Shown: positions 18,314 through 28,232 of the stretch, one piece after another
How the letters are laid out: each line of letters starts with the position of its first letter
Position numbering within the stretch: position 1 is the stretch's first letter
Source: Gemmatimonadota bacterium
GTDB taxonomy: Bacteria; Gemmatimonadota; Gemmatimonadetes; JACCXV01; JAHWKZ01
Direction of reading: 5' to 3'
Length of the DNA: 64,000 bases
Assembly (NCBI GenBank): GCA_039588915.1
Contig: JBDGYV010000003.1
Coordinates: forward strand, 5,343-69,342
Position numbers and translations under genes: made by a program
Notes under the pieces: generated by a model
What the model was told of the DNA's origin: nothing
Database searches by the model: none
What the model saw: the letters and a program-made list of their open reading frames with translations, nothing else

Positions 18314-20802
18314 CCGACCTCTTCCTGTACCGACCCTGCTCCTTCCGGCTTACGGGGACTGTCGACAACGAACACGAGCTTGTCGTTCTCGTCATCAACG
18401 TTAACGGTCACCTCATCGCCGGGAGCGAAGCAGCCCTGGAGCAACTCTTCCGAGAAGGGATCCTCCAGATAGCGCTGCATCGCACGCTTCAAGGGACGGG
18501 CGCCAAACTTTTCATCGAACCCCTTCTCAGCCAGGAAGTACTTTGCTTCGTCGGAGAGCACGAGTTTGAGCTCTCTCTCACCCAACCGTTCCAGAATATC
18601 CCGGAACAGAATATCAACGATCTCAACGATGTGTTCCTCGGAGAGCGGATGGAAGACAATGACTTCATCCAATCGGTTCAAGAACTCCGGATTGAAAGTT
18701 TTGTCGATCTCATCCTTGACCGCTTCCTCGATCTGCAGCGCACGTGATGACTCGCTTGGCTTGTGGAACCCGAGCGCCTTGCCACCGGTGATTCGCCGCG
18801 CACCGATGTTTGAGGTCATGATCACAACCGTGTTCTTAAAATCGATCTTTCGTCCGAAGTTATCCGTGATGTGCCCCTCATCCAGGATCTGAAGGAGGAT
18901 GTTGAAGACATCCGGGTGTGCCTTCTCGATCTCGTCCAGCAGGACCACCGAGTAGGGCTTCCTGCGGACTTCCTTGGTCAGGTACCCCGAGTCCTCGTAC
19001 CCGACATATCCAGGTGGCGCGCCGAGAAGACGGCTGACCGTAAACTTCTCCATGTACTCTGACATGTCGATCCGAATGAGCGAGTTCGGGTCAGCGAACA
19101 GGAACCGAGCCAGCGCCCGGGCCAACTCAGTTTTTCCAACACCCGTCGGACCGGAGAAGATGAACGATCCGATCGGTCGACGTGGATCCTTGAGACCGGC
19201 TCGGGTTCTCCGAATCGCCTTGGAAATCGCCCCGATGGCTGGGTCCTGCCCGACGATGAACTTGTGCAGCTCGTCCTCCATCTGCAGCAGGCGTTCCGTC
19301 TCCTCCTCCTTGAGACGAACCACCGGGACTCCCGTCCAGCGACTCACGATAAATGCAACGTCCTCGGTGCTCAGGGCCGGCCGCTCGGCGCTCGAGCCGC
19401 GTTCCCACTCTAGCTTCTTACGTTTTATCGTCGATTTCAGTTCACGCTCACTGTCGCGGAGTTTGGCCGCGGTCTCGTAGTCCTGCGCCTTAATCGCTTG
19501 ATCCTTGCGGGTAATGATCTCCTGCACCTCTTCCTCTAGTGCCAGCAGCTCCGGCGGTGGCACTTGAGTGGCCAGGTGAACACGAGCGCACGCTTCGTCG
19601 ATCACGTCGATCGCCTTGTCTGGCAAGAATCGATCAGTGATGTAGCGCTCGGACAGTCGGGCCGCAGCTTCGAGCGTGTCGTCCGGTATATCAACGCTGT
19701 GGTGCTCGGAATACCGAGGACGCAGGCCTTGGAGGATCTCGACGGTTTCCTCGATCGTCGGCGGGTCTACGACGACAGGTTGAAAACGACGCTCAAGCGC
19801 GCCATCCTTTTCGATGTACTTCCGGTATTCGTTGAGCGTAGATGCGCCGACACATTGAAGTTCGCCACGAGCCAACGCGGGCTTCAACATGTTGGACGCG
19901 TCGATCGCACCTTCGGCCGCCCCTGCCCCAACCAGCGTGTGCAGCTCATCGATGAAGAGAATCACGTTCTGTGATTGCTTGATCTCGTTAATGACGGCCT
20001 TGAGCCGCTCCTCGAACTGGCCGCGATACTTCGTACCGGCGATCACTGCCGCCATATCGAGCGATAGCACTCGATAATCGCGAAGGCTATGGACGATCTC
20101 GCCGTTTGTGATGCGCTGCGCGAGGCCTTCCACGATGGCGGTCTTCCCCACTCCCGGTTCACCGATCAGGACGGGGTTGTTCTTCTTTCGGCGTGAGAGC
20201 ACTTCAATGACGCGCTCGATCTCCTTGTGCCGCCCGATCGTCGGATCGAGTTCGCCCTCGCGAGCCAGATCCGTCAGGTCTCGACAGAAGTGATCCAGAG
20301 CCGGGGTCTTGGATTTCTTGTCGCTCGTCTTGGACGTCTGGCCTCCGCTCTCCATAGAGCTCAGCTCCCCTCCGAGCAGGCGAACCGTCTCGTTCCGGGC
20401 CACGTCGATCGTGACTCCAACATCATCCAGAACTTGGGCCGCCACTCCCTTTTCCTCACGCAACAGTCCGAGCAAGAGATGCTCAGTTCCCACGTATGAG
20501 TGCTTCAGACTCCGCGCTTCCGCGACTGAGAACTCGAGTACCTTCTTGGCGCGGGTCGTGTACGGCACCTCGTCGGCGGTCATGTCGCTCTTTCCGAGCT
20601 CGACTCGCTCCTCGATCCGTTCGCGCAACTCATCGAGATCGACGTTCAGATTGGTCAAGATCGCCGCCGCGACGCCTTCGCCCTCTCGGATGAGCCCCAG
20701 CAAAATGTGCTCTGTGCCTACGTAGTCATGATGTAGGCGGGTCGCCTCCTCGCGTGCCATCGAAAGGACCTTGCGTACTCGATCGGTGAAATTGCTATTC
20801 AT
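18310..20802 (-). CDS. clpC: ATP-dependent Clp protease ATPase ClpC
   Basis: Two Clp-N repeats, [11 protein letters not shown] middle domain, GPTGVGKT; follows mcsB. Confidence 0.96.
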   Translation of the reverse strand: MNSNFTDRVRKVLSMAREEATRLHHDYVGTEHILLGLIREGEGVAAAILTNLNVDLDELRERIEERVELGKSDMTADEVPYTTRAKKVLEFSVAEARSLKHSYVGTEHLLLGLLREEKGVAAQVLDDVGVTIDVARNETVRLLGGELSSMESGGQTSKTSDKKSKTPALDHFCRDLTDLAREGELDPTIGRHKEIERVIEVLSRRKKNNPVLIGEPGVGKTAIVEGLAQRITNGEIVHSLRDYRVLSLDMAAVIAGTKYRGQFEERLKAVINEIKQSQNVILFIDELHTLVGAGAAEGAIDASNMLKPALARGELQCVGASTLNEYRKYIEKDGALERRFQPVVVDPPTIEETVEILQGLRPRYSEHHSVDIPDDTLEAAARLSERYITDRFLPDKAIDVIDEACARVHLATQVPPPELLALEEEVQEIITRKDQAIKAQDYETAAKLRDSERELKSTIKRKKLEWERGSSAERPALSTEDVAFIVSRWTGVPVVRLKEEETERLLQMEDELHKFIVGQDPAIGAISKAIRRTRAGLKDPRRPIGSFIFSGPTGVGKTELARALARFLFADPNSLIRIDMSEYMEKFTVSRLLGAPPGYVGYEDSGYLTKEVRRKPYSVVLLDEIEKAHPDVFNILLQILDEGHITDNFGRKIDFKNTVVIMTSNIGARRITGGKALGFHKPSESSRALQIEEAVKDEIDKTFNPEFLNRLDEVIVFHPLSEEHIVEIVDILFRDILERLGERELKLVLSDEAKYFLAEKGFDEKFGARPLKRAMQRYLEDPFSEELLQGCFAPGDEVTVNVDDENDKLVFVVDSPRKPEGAGSVQEEVG

Positions 20803-21877
20803 CGGTCTCCTGCCCTTTCTCCGCTAGCATTTCTCGTACCAGAGAGGCCCGCTCAATCTCGCGCTCCCGCTTATCAAGCTTGCGGCCGGCGCGCTTCTCC
20901 AGGTGGGCTACCTGGGTCCACAATAATAGCAGATTGAGGGTGGATACCCCGATCCGAGGCAGCAGTTTCATGCTCACGCCTAGACGCACGGCGGACAGCA
21001 GATTCATCATCTCGTCGAACGAAAGCGAGCGCGCGCAGGTCATCAGACCGTACGCCCGCCACACTTTGTCCTCGATTTCGTCAAGCGCATCCCGGACGAG
21101 AACTTGGCGCGCGTTCTCCTCGTACTCGATCACCTGCCGGGTGATCTGACCGAGGTGATCGACCAGTTCGTCCTCACTCTTCCCGAGCGTGGTTTGGTTC
21201 GAGATCTGAAAGTAGTTCCCGATGACGTCGGAGCCTTCCCCATAGAGCCCGCGGAACGTCAAACCGATTTGGGCCAACCCCTGAAGGACCTTCGCGATTT
21301 CGCGGGTTAAAACCAGCGCCGGCAAGTGAGCCAAGACTGAAGCCCGCAAACCGGTCCCCGTGTTCGTCGGGCAGCTGGTCAGAAAACCGAACCGATGATG
21401 ATAGGCGAAGCGCAGCTGGCTGCGCAGCGTCTTATCGGTTCGGCTGGCGATCTGCCATGAGGTCTCGATCTGCAGACCGGGCGTCAGCGCCTGTATACGC
21501 ACATGGTCCTCCTCGTTGATCAACAGCGCCAAGCGGCCCCCATCCCCTACCAGCAGACCGCTGGCTTCACGGAACTTTACCATCTCACGGCTGACCAAGT
21601 GCCGCTCAAGAAGCACGGTCAGATCCGTCTCGGGAAGGTCGGCCAGCCGTACGAACTGGCGGACATCATTGGTTGTTGACTCAAACGCCTCGACGATCTC
21701 CTCCATGACCAGCTCTTGCTGGCTCCCGCTTATGGTCTCGCGAAACGGATATCGCTCAAGATTGCGCGCCAATCGAATACGGGTCGACAGAATTACCCCC
21801 GCGTGTGGGCCGTCCCCCGTGATCCAAGCCAACCCACCCTCAACGGGCTGCAAAAGATCGTCACTGGGCAGGTTCAC
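20795..21877 (-). CDS. mcsB: Protein arginine kinase
   Basis: [38 protein letters not shown]. Confidence 0.95.
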   Translation of the reverse strand: MNLPSDDLLQPVEGGLAWITGDGPHAGVILSTRIRLARNLERYPFRETISGSQQELVMEEIVEAFESTTNDVRQFVRLADLPETDLTVLLERHLVSREMVKFREASGLLVGDGGRLALLINEEDHVRIQALTPGLQIETSWQIASRTDKTLRSQLRFAYHHRFGFLTSCPTNTGTGLRASVLAHLPALVLTREIAKVLQGLAQIGLTFRGLYGEGSDVIGNYFQISNQTTLGKSEDELVDHLGQITRQVIEYEENARQVLVRDALDEIEDKVWRAYGLMTCARSLSFDEMMNLLSAVRLGVSMKLLPRIGVSTLNLLLLWTQVAHLEKRAGRKLDKREREIERASLVREMLAEKGQETDE

Positions 21878-22428
21878 TCTTCTCCACCCCCCACTTCTTC
21901 AACTGCTGCCTTTGCGTCGACAGGAACGGTGACCTGGTCTGTCTCCAATTCCACGATCGCGTCACGTAACTCGGCTGCTCGTTCGTATTCCTCGTTGTCA
22001 ACCGCTTGTCGTAGCTCGCGACGCATCGTCGCCAACCGAGCTTCTGGACCAGCGGGTACTTGTACACCTTCGTCTTCGCAGATCCCGACATGCTCATTGG
22101 AGCCATGAATCCGTCGAAGCAGCGCGCTCATTTCTTGCTCGAAGGTGGTGTAGCATCGAGAGCACCCGAGCCTACCGGTCTTGCGAAACTGTCGGAACGT
22201 ACACCCACACCGCGGGCAGGCTGCGTTGGCGTTGGTGGCGCTGGTGAAGATCGGCGCACCCATCTCGGATAGGAAATCCGACAACGGAGCCTGGGATCCC
22301 GGCGATGGAGTCTTGAGTCCGCGCTCCTCTGCGCACGAATGACACAGATGAAGGGTCTCGGTCTCGTCGTTCACGATCTGAGTGAAGTGAACGCTAGCCG
22401 GGTTCTCGTGGCAATCTTCACACAACAT
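21874..22428 (-). CDS. mcsA: McsB activator McsA (CxxC motifs + UVR domain)
   Basis: Four CxxC motifs, GRLGC..CY, EEYERAAELRD. Confidence 0.93.
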   Translation of the reverse strand: MLCEDCHENPASVHFTQIVNDETETLHLCHSCAEERGLKTPSPGSQAPLSDFLSEMGAPIFTSATNANAACPRCGCTFRQFRKTGRLGCSRCYTTFEQEMSALLRRIHGSNEHVGICEDEGVQVPAGPEARLATMRRELRQAVDNEEYERAAELRDAIVELETDQVTVPVDAKAAVEEVGGGEE

Positions 22429-22520
22429 CACTTCAATCCTGGTCAAAGGGCTTCACTACAGGTGCCTGGAAGCTAATTACGCTGCCACACCGAGTAAAAC
22501 GCACCGCCATGTGGCGATGT

Positions 22521-23267
22521 TCAAACCCCCGTTGGGTTCGACCACCCCTCGGGAGCCACGCCAGCGGTGACCGGGGCCACGACGCCGTCGTCCAAACGCA
22601 AGAGACGGTCCGTCCTGCCTGCCAGACGCTCGTCGTGGGTCGCCACCACAAACGCCACTCGTTTCTCTCTCGCCAGGCTGAACATCAAATCATGCAGGTG
22701 CTCGCTGTTGGCGCGGTCCAGATTGCCCGATGGCTCGTCGGCGAGGATCACCATCGGCTCATGAACGAGCGCCCTTGCGAATGCGACTCGTTGCTGCTCG
22801 CCACCGGACAGCGCACTTGGCCGGTGGGACAGCCGCTCACCCAAACCCACCTCCTCGAGAACCGCGCGGGCCTTACGCTTCGCCGTATCGTCGTCGACAC
22901 CCTGGATACGAAGCGGCAGGGTTACGTTTTCCAGCGCCGAGAACTCCATCAACAAATGATGAAACTGGAAAACGAAACCCAGCAGCTTGCTACGAACGCT
23001 CGACAACTCGCTGTCAGACAACTGGCTGAGGTGCTGACCGGCCAGCATAACCCGACCGCGGGTCGGCCGATCGAGACCACCCAAAAGGTGTAGGAGTGTG
23101 CTCTTCCCCGCCCCCGAGGCGCCCACGATTCCTACCGTCTCGCCGGGTTGCACCTCCATATCGACGCCCCGCAACACCACCAACGGACCACCACCACCCG
23201 GGTACTCCTTGTGCAGACGATGCGCCACCAGCAATGGGCCGTCGGCCCCAAACGGTCGATCACTCAT
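22521..23267 (-). CDS. lolD: Lipoprotein-releasing ABC transporter ATPase
   Basis: GASGAGKS, GFVFQFHHL, LSGGEQQR, ADEPSGNLD. Confidence 0.9.
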   Translation of the reverse strand: MSDRPFGADGPLLVAHRLHKEYPGGGGPLVVLRGVDMEVQPGETVGIVGASGAGKSTLLHLLGGLDRPTRGRVMLAGQHLSQLSDSELSSVRSKLLGFVFQFHHLLMEFSALENVTLPLRIQGVDDDTAKRKARAVLEEVGLGERLSHRPSALSGGEQQRVAFARALVHEPMVILADEPSGNLDRANSEHLHDLMFSLAREKRVAFVVATHDERLAGRTDRLLRLDDGVVAPVTAGVAPEGWSNPTGV

Positions 23268-24498
23268 ACCGGATGGCATCTACTGGGGCCATGCGCGCGG
23301 CCTGCGAAGCCGGGTACAACGTCGCCGTCAGGCTGATCAGCAGACTGGCGGCTACGATCCACAAAACCCCCCACGGCTCCACGTCTACCGGCAAGGTGTC
23401 GATGAAGTAAACGTCGCCGGGAAGTGAAATGAACCGATAGCGGGCAAGTAGAAGCGCGGCCACGAGCCCAGCCAGAGTGCCTAGACCCGTGCCGACAACG
23501 CCGATCAGGGCACCTTGGTAGACGAAAACTCTTCGAATCGATCGGCCCTCTAGCCCCATCGAGCGCAAGATCCCGATCTCTTTCGTCTTGTCCATCACGA
23601 TCATCGTCAGCGTGCTGATGATGTTGAACGCGGCCACCAGCACGATGAGAATCAATATAATGAACATGGCCTTCTTCTCCAATCGCAGCGCCGCAAAAAG
23701 GGGCTGATTCAGCTCGATCCAAGTGGTCACATAAAAGGGTCCCTCGAGCTGATCGACAACCGTCTCCCCGATGTCCTTCGCCTCCCAAATATCAGACACC
23801 CTAGCCGCTACGCCGTAAGCGATGTCCCCCGATTGGAGATACTGCTGCATCGACTCAAGAGAGGCGTAGACGAACTTGGAATCATACTCGAAGAGCCCAC
23901 TCTTGAAGGTGCCCGCGAGGATGAATTTCTGGAGCTTGGGCACCGTCCCGTGAAGCGGCGAGACAGCCGCCACTTCGGGAGTAGTCACCGTTAGCGTATC
24001 GCCCGGGAATGCCCCCAGCCGATCGGCCAGCAGATAGCCGACAACGACCTTCGGGTAGGGCTCATTCGGAGACTGAAGCAAATCATAGCGGCCTGACACG
24101 ATCTGGTTCTTGGTGTCCGCAACTTGCGATTCGAGATCCGGATCTACGCCACGAATCACCGCCCCTTCGTTGCGGCCCCGACCATGACCAATAATCCCCT
24201 CGGTGTAGATGAACGGAGCGGCACCTACTATGCCCGGCGTGGCGGCGATTCCCTCCAGCGCGTCGCGATACTCGGTCAGCGGCTCAGAGTTGTACTTCTG
24301 TACGATGAGGTGCGGAGTATTGGTCAGGATCTTGTCTCTCAAATCGCGCTGCAGTCCACTCATCACGCTCATCACGATGACCAACGCGGCCACCCCAACG
24401 AACACTCCTCCGATCGCAATCAAACCGATCACAGAGATCACGCCCGATCGGCGTTTGGACGTCAGGTAGCGCAGCGCGATTTGCCACTCGAGACTCAC
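23260..24498 (-). CDS. Lipoprotein-releasing ABC transporter permease LolC/E
   Basis: IALRYL, VMSG, AFNIISTL, KTKEIGILRSMG, YFIDTLP. Confidence 0.9.
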   Translation of the reverse strand: MSLEWQIALRYLTSKRRSGVISVIGLIAIGGVFVGVAALVIVMSVMSGLQRDLRDKILTNTPHLIVQKYNSEPLTEYRDALEGIAATPGIVGAAPFIYTEGIIGHGRGRNEGAVIRGVDPDLESQVADTKNQIVSGRYDLLQSPNEPYPKVVVGYLLADRLGAFPGDTLTVTTPEVAAVSPLHGTVPKLQKFILAGTFKSGLFEYDSKFVYASLESMQQYLQSGDIAYGVAARVSDIWEAKDIGETVVDQLEGPFYVTTWIELNQPLFAALRLEKKAMFIILILIVLVAAFNIISTLTMIVMDKTKEIGILRSMGLEGRSIRRVFVYQGALIGVVGTGLGTLAGLVAALLLARYRFISLPGDVYFIDTLPVDVEPWGVLWIVAASLLISLTATLYPASQAARMAPVDAIRYE

Positions 24499-26045
24499 AA
24501 CTCGACCCCGTCTTCTACGATCGGCTGATCCGTGTCTTCCCCGGTCACTCTCCCATCCTCGGGCCGTAACGCTGGGAACAGGATGACGTCCCGGATGGAG
24601 GGTTGGTCCGTGAGGAACATCACCAGGCGATCGATGCCGATTCCCATACCTGCGGTTGGCGGCATCCCGTACTCGAGAGCTCTCAAGAAATCTTCGTCGA
24701 CGACGTTGGGCGCCTCGAGATCGCCCGTCGCGGCGAGGTCGGCTTGATCCTCGAACCGGCGCCGCTGATCGCGAGGGTCATTGAGCTCACTGAAAGCGTT
24801 TGCCCACTCGCGACCGAACAGGTACGCCTCGAATCGTTCCACCAAACGGGAATCGCGCGGATGGGCCTTCGCTAGGGGTGACGTCGCTCGCGGATGATCG
24901 ATCACAAATACCGGCCCTTCAAGAGTCGGCTCAACTAGATGATCAAAGAGCGCCTCCAAGATCTTGCCCTCTCGCTCCTGTTCCGAGATCTCGACTTCGT
25001 GTCGCTCAGCCTCAGCCGCCAGGGCCGAGCGTGACAGGTCATCGATCGCTACACCGCGCTCCGCAAGCGCGTCCAGAAACCGAACGCGTGGCCACGGTGG
25101 TGTCGCGTCCACGGTCCGACCCTGGTAGGTAATCTCCGTGCCGCCGGTCAGCTCACCTACCAGACCCACCAAGAGCTCCTCAGCCAACGCCATGAAGTCC
25201 TCGTAATCGGCGTACGCCTGGTAGAACTCGAGCATCGTGAACTCCGGGCTGTGAAACCGATCGATGCCCTCGTTGCGGAAGTCCTTGGCTACCTCGTAGA
25301 CGCGCTCGAGACCGCCGACGATACAACGCTTGAGATACAATTCATCGGCGATACGCAGATACAAGGGAATCCCCAGTGTTTGGTGATGAGTGACAAAGGG
25401 GCGAGCCGTCGCGCCGCCATACACAGGTTGTAGAACAGGCGTCTCGACCTCTAGGAAGCCGCGTCTCTCGAGCTCGTTTCTCAGACACCGGATGATCCGG
25501 GACCGGCACTCAAAGACCCGCCTGGCCTCCGGTCGGACCGCAAGATCGGCGTAGCGCTGTCGATAACGGAACTCGCGGTCGACCACGCGGTGATACGTAC
25601 GGTCTCCTTCGTCTGACTCCACGAGCTTGCCAAACGGCAGAGGTCGCAGAGCCTTGGCGAGCAGCGCCGCCTCGCCCACACGCACGGTGATCTCTCCCGT
25701 TCGTGTGCGAAACAAATGACCCGCAACTCCCAGGAAATCTCCGATGTCCAAGTGATCGACTAGATCGTAAGAGTCACCAAGCTCGTCTTGGCGCAGATAT
25801 GCCTGTATGCGACCCGACCGGTCGGCGAGATGAGAGAACGTCGTCTTTCCATGCCGGCGAATGGCGACAACCCGTCCGGCGATTCGGCACTCGATATCCG
25901 GCCCATCATCCTGGAAAGCCTCAAGTAGATCTGCAGTCAGGTCAGTCACCCCCCAAGACGAGGGATACGGATCGATTCCAATGCGCTCGAGCTCAACGAG
26001 CTTTGACAGTCGGACCGATATCGGATCAGTCTCTTGATCAGGCAT
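24495..26045 (-). CDS. lysS: Lysine--tRNA ligase (class II)
   Basis: YRQRYADL, GGATARPF, FRNEG, EFTMLEFY, YGMPP.AGMGIGIDRL. Confidence 0.97.
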   Translation of the reverse strand: MPDQETDPISVRLSKLVELERIGIDPYPSSWGVTDLTADLLEAFQDDGPDIECRIAGRVVAIRRHGKTTFSHLADRSGRIQAYLRQDELGDSYDLVDHLDIGDFLGVAGHLFRTRTGEITVRVGEAALLAKALRPLPFGKLVESDEGDRTYHRVVDREFRYRQRYADLAVRPEARRVFECRSRIIRCLRNELERRGFLEVETPVLQPVYGGATARPFVTHHQTLGIPLYLRIADELYLKRCIVGGLERVYEVAKDFRNEGIDRFHSPEFTMLEFYQAYADYEDFMALAEELLVGLVGELTGGTEITYQGRTVDATPPWPRVRFLDALAERGVAIDDLSRSALAAEAERHEVEISEQEREGKILEALFDHLVEPTLEGPVFVIDHPRATSPLAKAHPRDSRLVERFEAYLFGREWANAFSELNDPRDQRRRFEDQADLAATGDLEAPNVVDEDFLRALEYGMPPTAGMGIGIDRLVMFLTDQPSIRDVILFPALRPEDGRVTGEDTDQPIVEDGVEL

Positions 26046-27161
26046 CAGTTCCCGGTGTTGGCGGTTTGCTTCAGGTAAGCCTCCATAAACCCGATGAGAT
26101 GTTGCCCCTCAAGCACCCCTTCGACGTCGGATGTCTCGAACCCAGTGCGGTGGTCCTTTACCATCGTGTAGGGGTGGAGCACGTACGACCTGATCTGGCT
26201 GCCAAACGCGATTTCCTTCTTCTCCGCCTCGAGTTCCTCACGTGATTTTTCGCGCTCAGCCTTAAGGTACTGATGGAGCCGCGACCTCAATAGTCGCATC
26301 GCCGTCTCGCGATTCCGGTGCTGACTGCGCTCGGCTTGACTCTGAACAACAATCCCTGTTGGAAGATGGGTAATCCGCACCGCACTATCTGTCTTGTTAA
26401 CGTGCTGTCCTCCAGCACCGCTGGCACGGTAGGTGTCGACCTTCAAGTCCTTGTCTTTAATCTCCACGCTTATCTCATCTGACACATCCGGGTACACAAA
26501 CACCGAGGCAAAAGAGGTGTGCCGCCGAGCGGCAGAATCAAAGGGACTTATCCGCACGAGTCGGTGGACGCCTTTCTCAGCTTTGAGGTAACCGTAGGCA
26601 TGCTCGCCCGTAACCGCGATCGTGACTCGGTCGATTCCCGCCTCTTCACCTTCCTGAATATCGATGATCTGGTAGTCGTAGCCGTTGTTCTCAAACCATC
26701 GCGTGTACATGCGCATGAGGATCGAGGCCCAGTCTTGGCTCTCGGTGCCGCCGGCCCCAGGGTGAATGGTGAGAATCGCGTCGCGGAGATCGTCCGGGTC
26801 GCTCAGCATTCCCCTCAGTTCCAGACGGCTCAGCCGATCGGCGACGGCCCCCTCGAGCGCACTAAACTCCTCCCACAGGCTGGGGTCTTCCTCGCCTTTT
26901 AGCAGCGACAACATCTCGCCCGCTTCATCGATCTCGACGCGAAGCGCATCGTACTCCCCAACCCAGGACTGGTGTTGTTTGATCTCGGCTAGTATCGCCC
27001 GCGCGCGCTCATTATCTACCCAAAAATCGGGCGCCGCGGATTCGGTCTCAAGCGCGGCTACGCGTTCTCGCTTGGAAGGCAGGTCAAAGATAGCTCCCGA
27101 GGAGCTCGAGCCGCTCCTCTAGTTGCGACAATCGGCGGCGGTGGTCTCGTACGTCACTCAT
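26045..27161 (-). CDS. prfB: Peptide chain release factor 2, expressed via a programmed +1 frameshift
   Basis: ATG at 27161 reads to TAT CTT TGA C; the +1 frame continues DLPSKRER...PDFW and contains SPF and GGQ. Confidence 0.96.
27083..27098 (-). promoter_or_regulatory. prfB frameshift cassette (internal SD GGGAG + CTTTGAC)
   Basis: Minus strand GGGAGCTATCTTTGAC. Confidence 0.93.
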
Positions 27162-27182
27162 TGGGCCGAGCAAGATAGCGCA

Positions 27183-28166
27183 TCATGCTTCCTCTCGCTC
27201 GATCGTCATGCTGCTGGTAGCCTTGGTCTGTTGGTCGGCCAGGTCACCGCGCCGATCGACCACATACAGTGACCCCTTAAACGACTTGGCATAGTGCTTC
27301 ATCTCGGTCGCCAGCTCGCTCACTTTCGCGGGGTGAGTAAATTGGCGTCGAACGTTGGTTACACAGCCGATTGACAACGTCATCAGCGGTATTTCGCGAA
27401 CCCTACCCTGCCGATCCTCAGCGGCATAGAAGCCACGCTCTCGGTCTTCGTCCGGGTACTGTAGGGACATCAGGGTATCGAACGTCTCGATGACCGCGTT
27501 CGAAACTCGAGCCAGGTCTTCGAACGGCACAGTGTAGATGAAGTCGTCCCCACCGATGTGGCCCACAAACCCACTCGATGAAAGCCTTCGCACCGTGTCT
27601 CGGAGGATCAAGGAAAGAATCCAGATTACCGTGTCGCCGCGCGGATACGAGTAGACATCGTTAAACTCCTTGAACGAATCGATGTCGGCGTAGCACACAG
27701 CGAACCGCTCACCGCCAGCAATCCTACGCTCAATCTCAAGCTGAATGATCTTCGTACCGGGCAACATCGTCGACGGGTGAACCGCAACGTCCCGAGCGAC
27801 TCGCTTGAGTACCATCCTCAACCGTAGCCGCTGCTCACGACCGGAGTGCGTACCGCTGAGGAACTCATCGGCACCGCTCTCAAAGCTGTTTGCGATTTGT
27901 TCCACCTGATGCTCGCGCGACATGAACACGATGGGCACGACTGAGTTGAACGGATCCGCCTTGAGCCGCCGGCACAGCTCCGAGGCGATGGCGAAGTCGT
28001 CATCGGCATCCAGCACGACGAGATCCACGATTCCCCGATCGAGCGCCTGCCGAACTTCCCCGGCGGTCTCCAGAGGAGTGATGTGGCCGCCTTCCTCCTC
28101 GACGAACCGCTCCAACGACTCCGGCGTACGCGACGCATGGGACAGGTAGAGCACGCTGAGGTTCAT
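27183..28166 (-). CDS. Receiver-like + GGDEF-family (GGDDF variant) protein
   Basis: VDLVVLD receiver strand; YADIDSFKEFND, GHIGGDDF. Confidence 0.85.
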   Translation of the reverse strand: MNLSVLYLSHASRTPESLERFVEEEGGHITPLETAGEVRQALDRGIVDLVVLDADDDFAIASELCRRLKADPFNSVVPIVFMSREHQVEQIANSFESGADEFLSGTHSGREQRLRLRMVLKRVARDVAVHPSTMLPGTKIIQLEIERRIAGGERFAVCYADIDSFKEFNDVYSYPRGDTVIWILSLILRDTVRRLSSSGFVGHIGGDDFIYTVPFEDLARVSNAVIETFDTLMSLQYPDEDRERGFYAAEDRQGRVREIPLMTLSIGCVTNVRRQFTHPAKVSELATEMKHYAKSFKGSLYVVDRRGDLADQQTKATSSMTIEREEA

Positions 28167-28232
28167 AGGTTCTTCAAGCTGTGGGGTTGCTGGGGAGGGC
28201 GCAACCACAATGCCATTCCCCTGGCTGGAGAT

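Noticed and set aside
22441-22447. GGTCAAA, a CtsR-like heptad upstream of mcsA
   Set aside because: Only one heptad rather than the tandem repeat, and no ctsR gene in the window.
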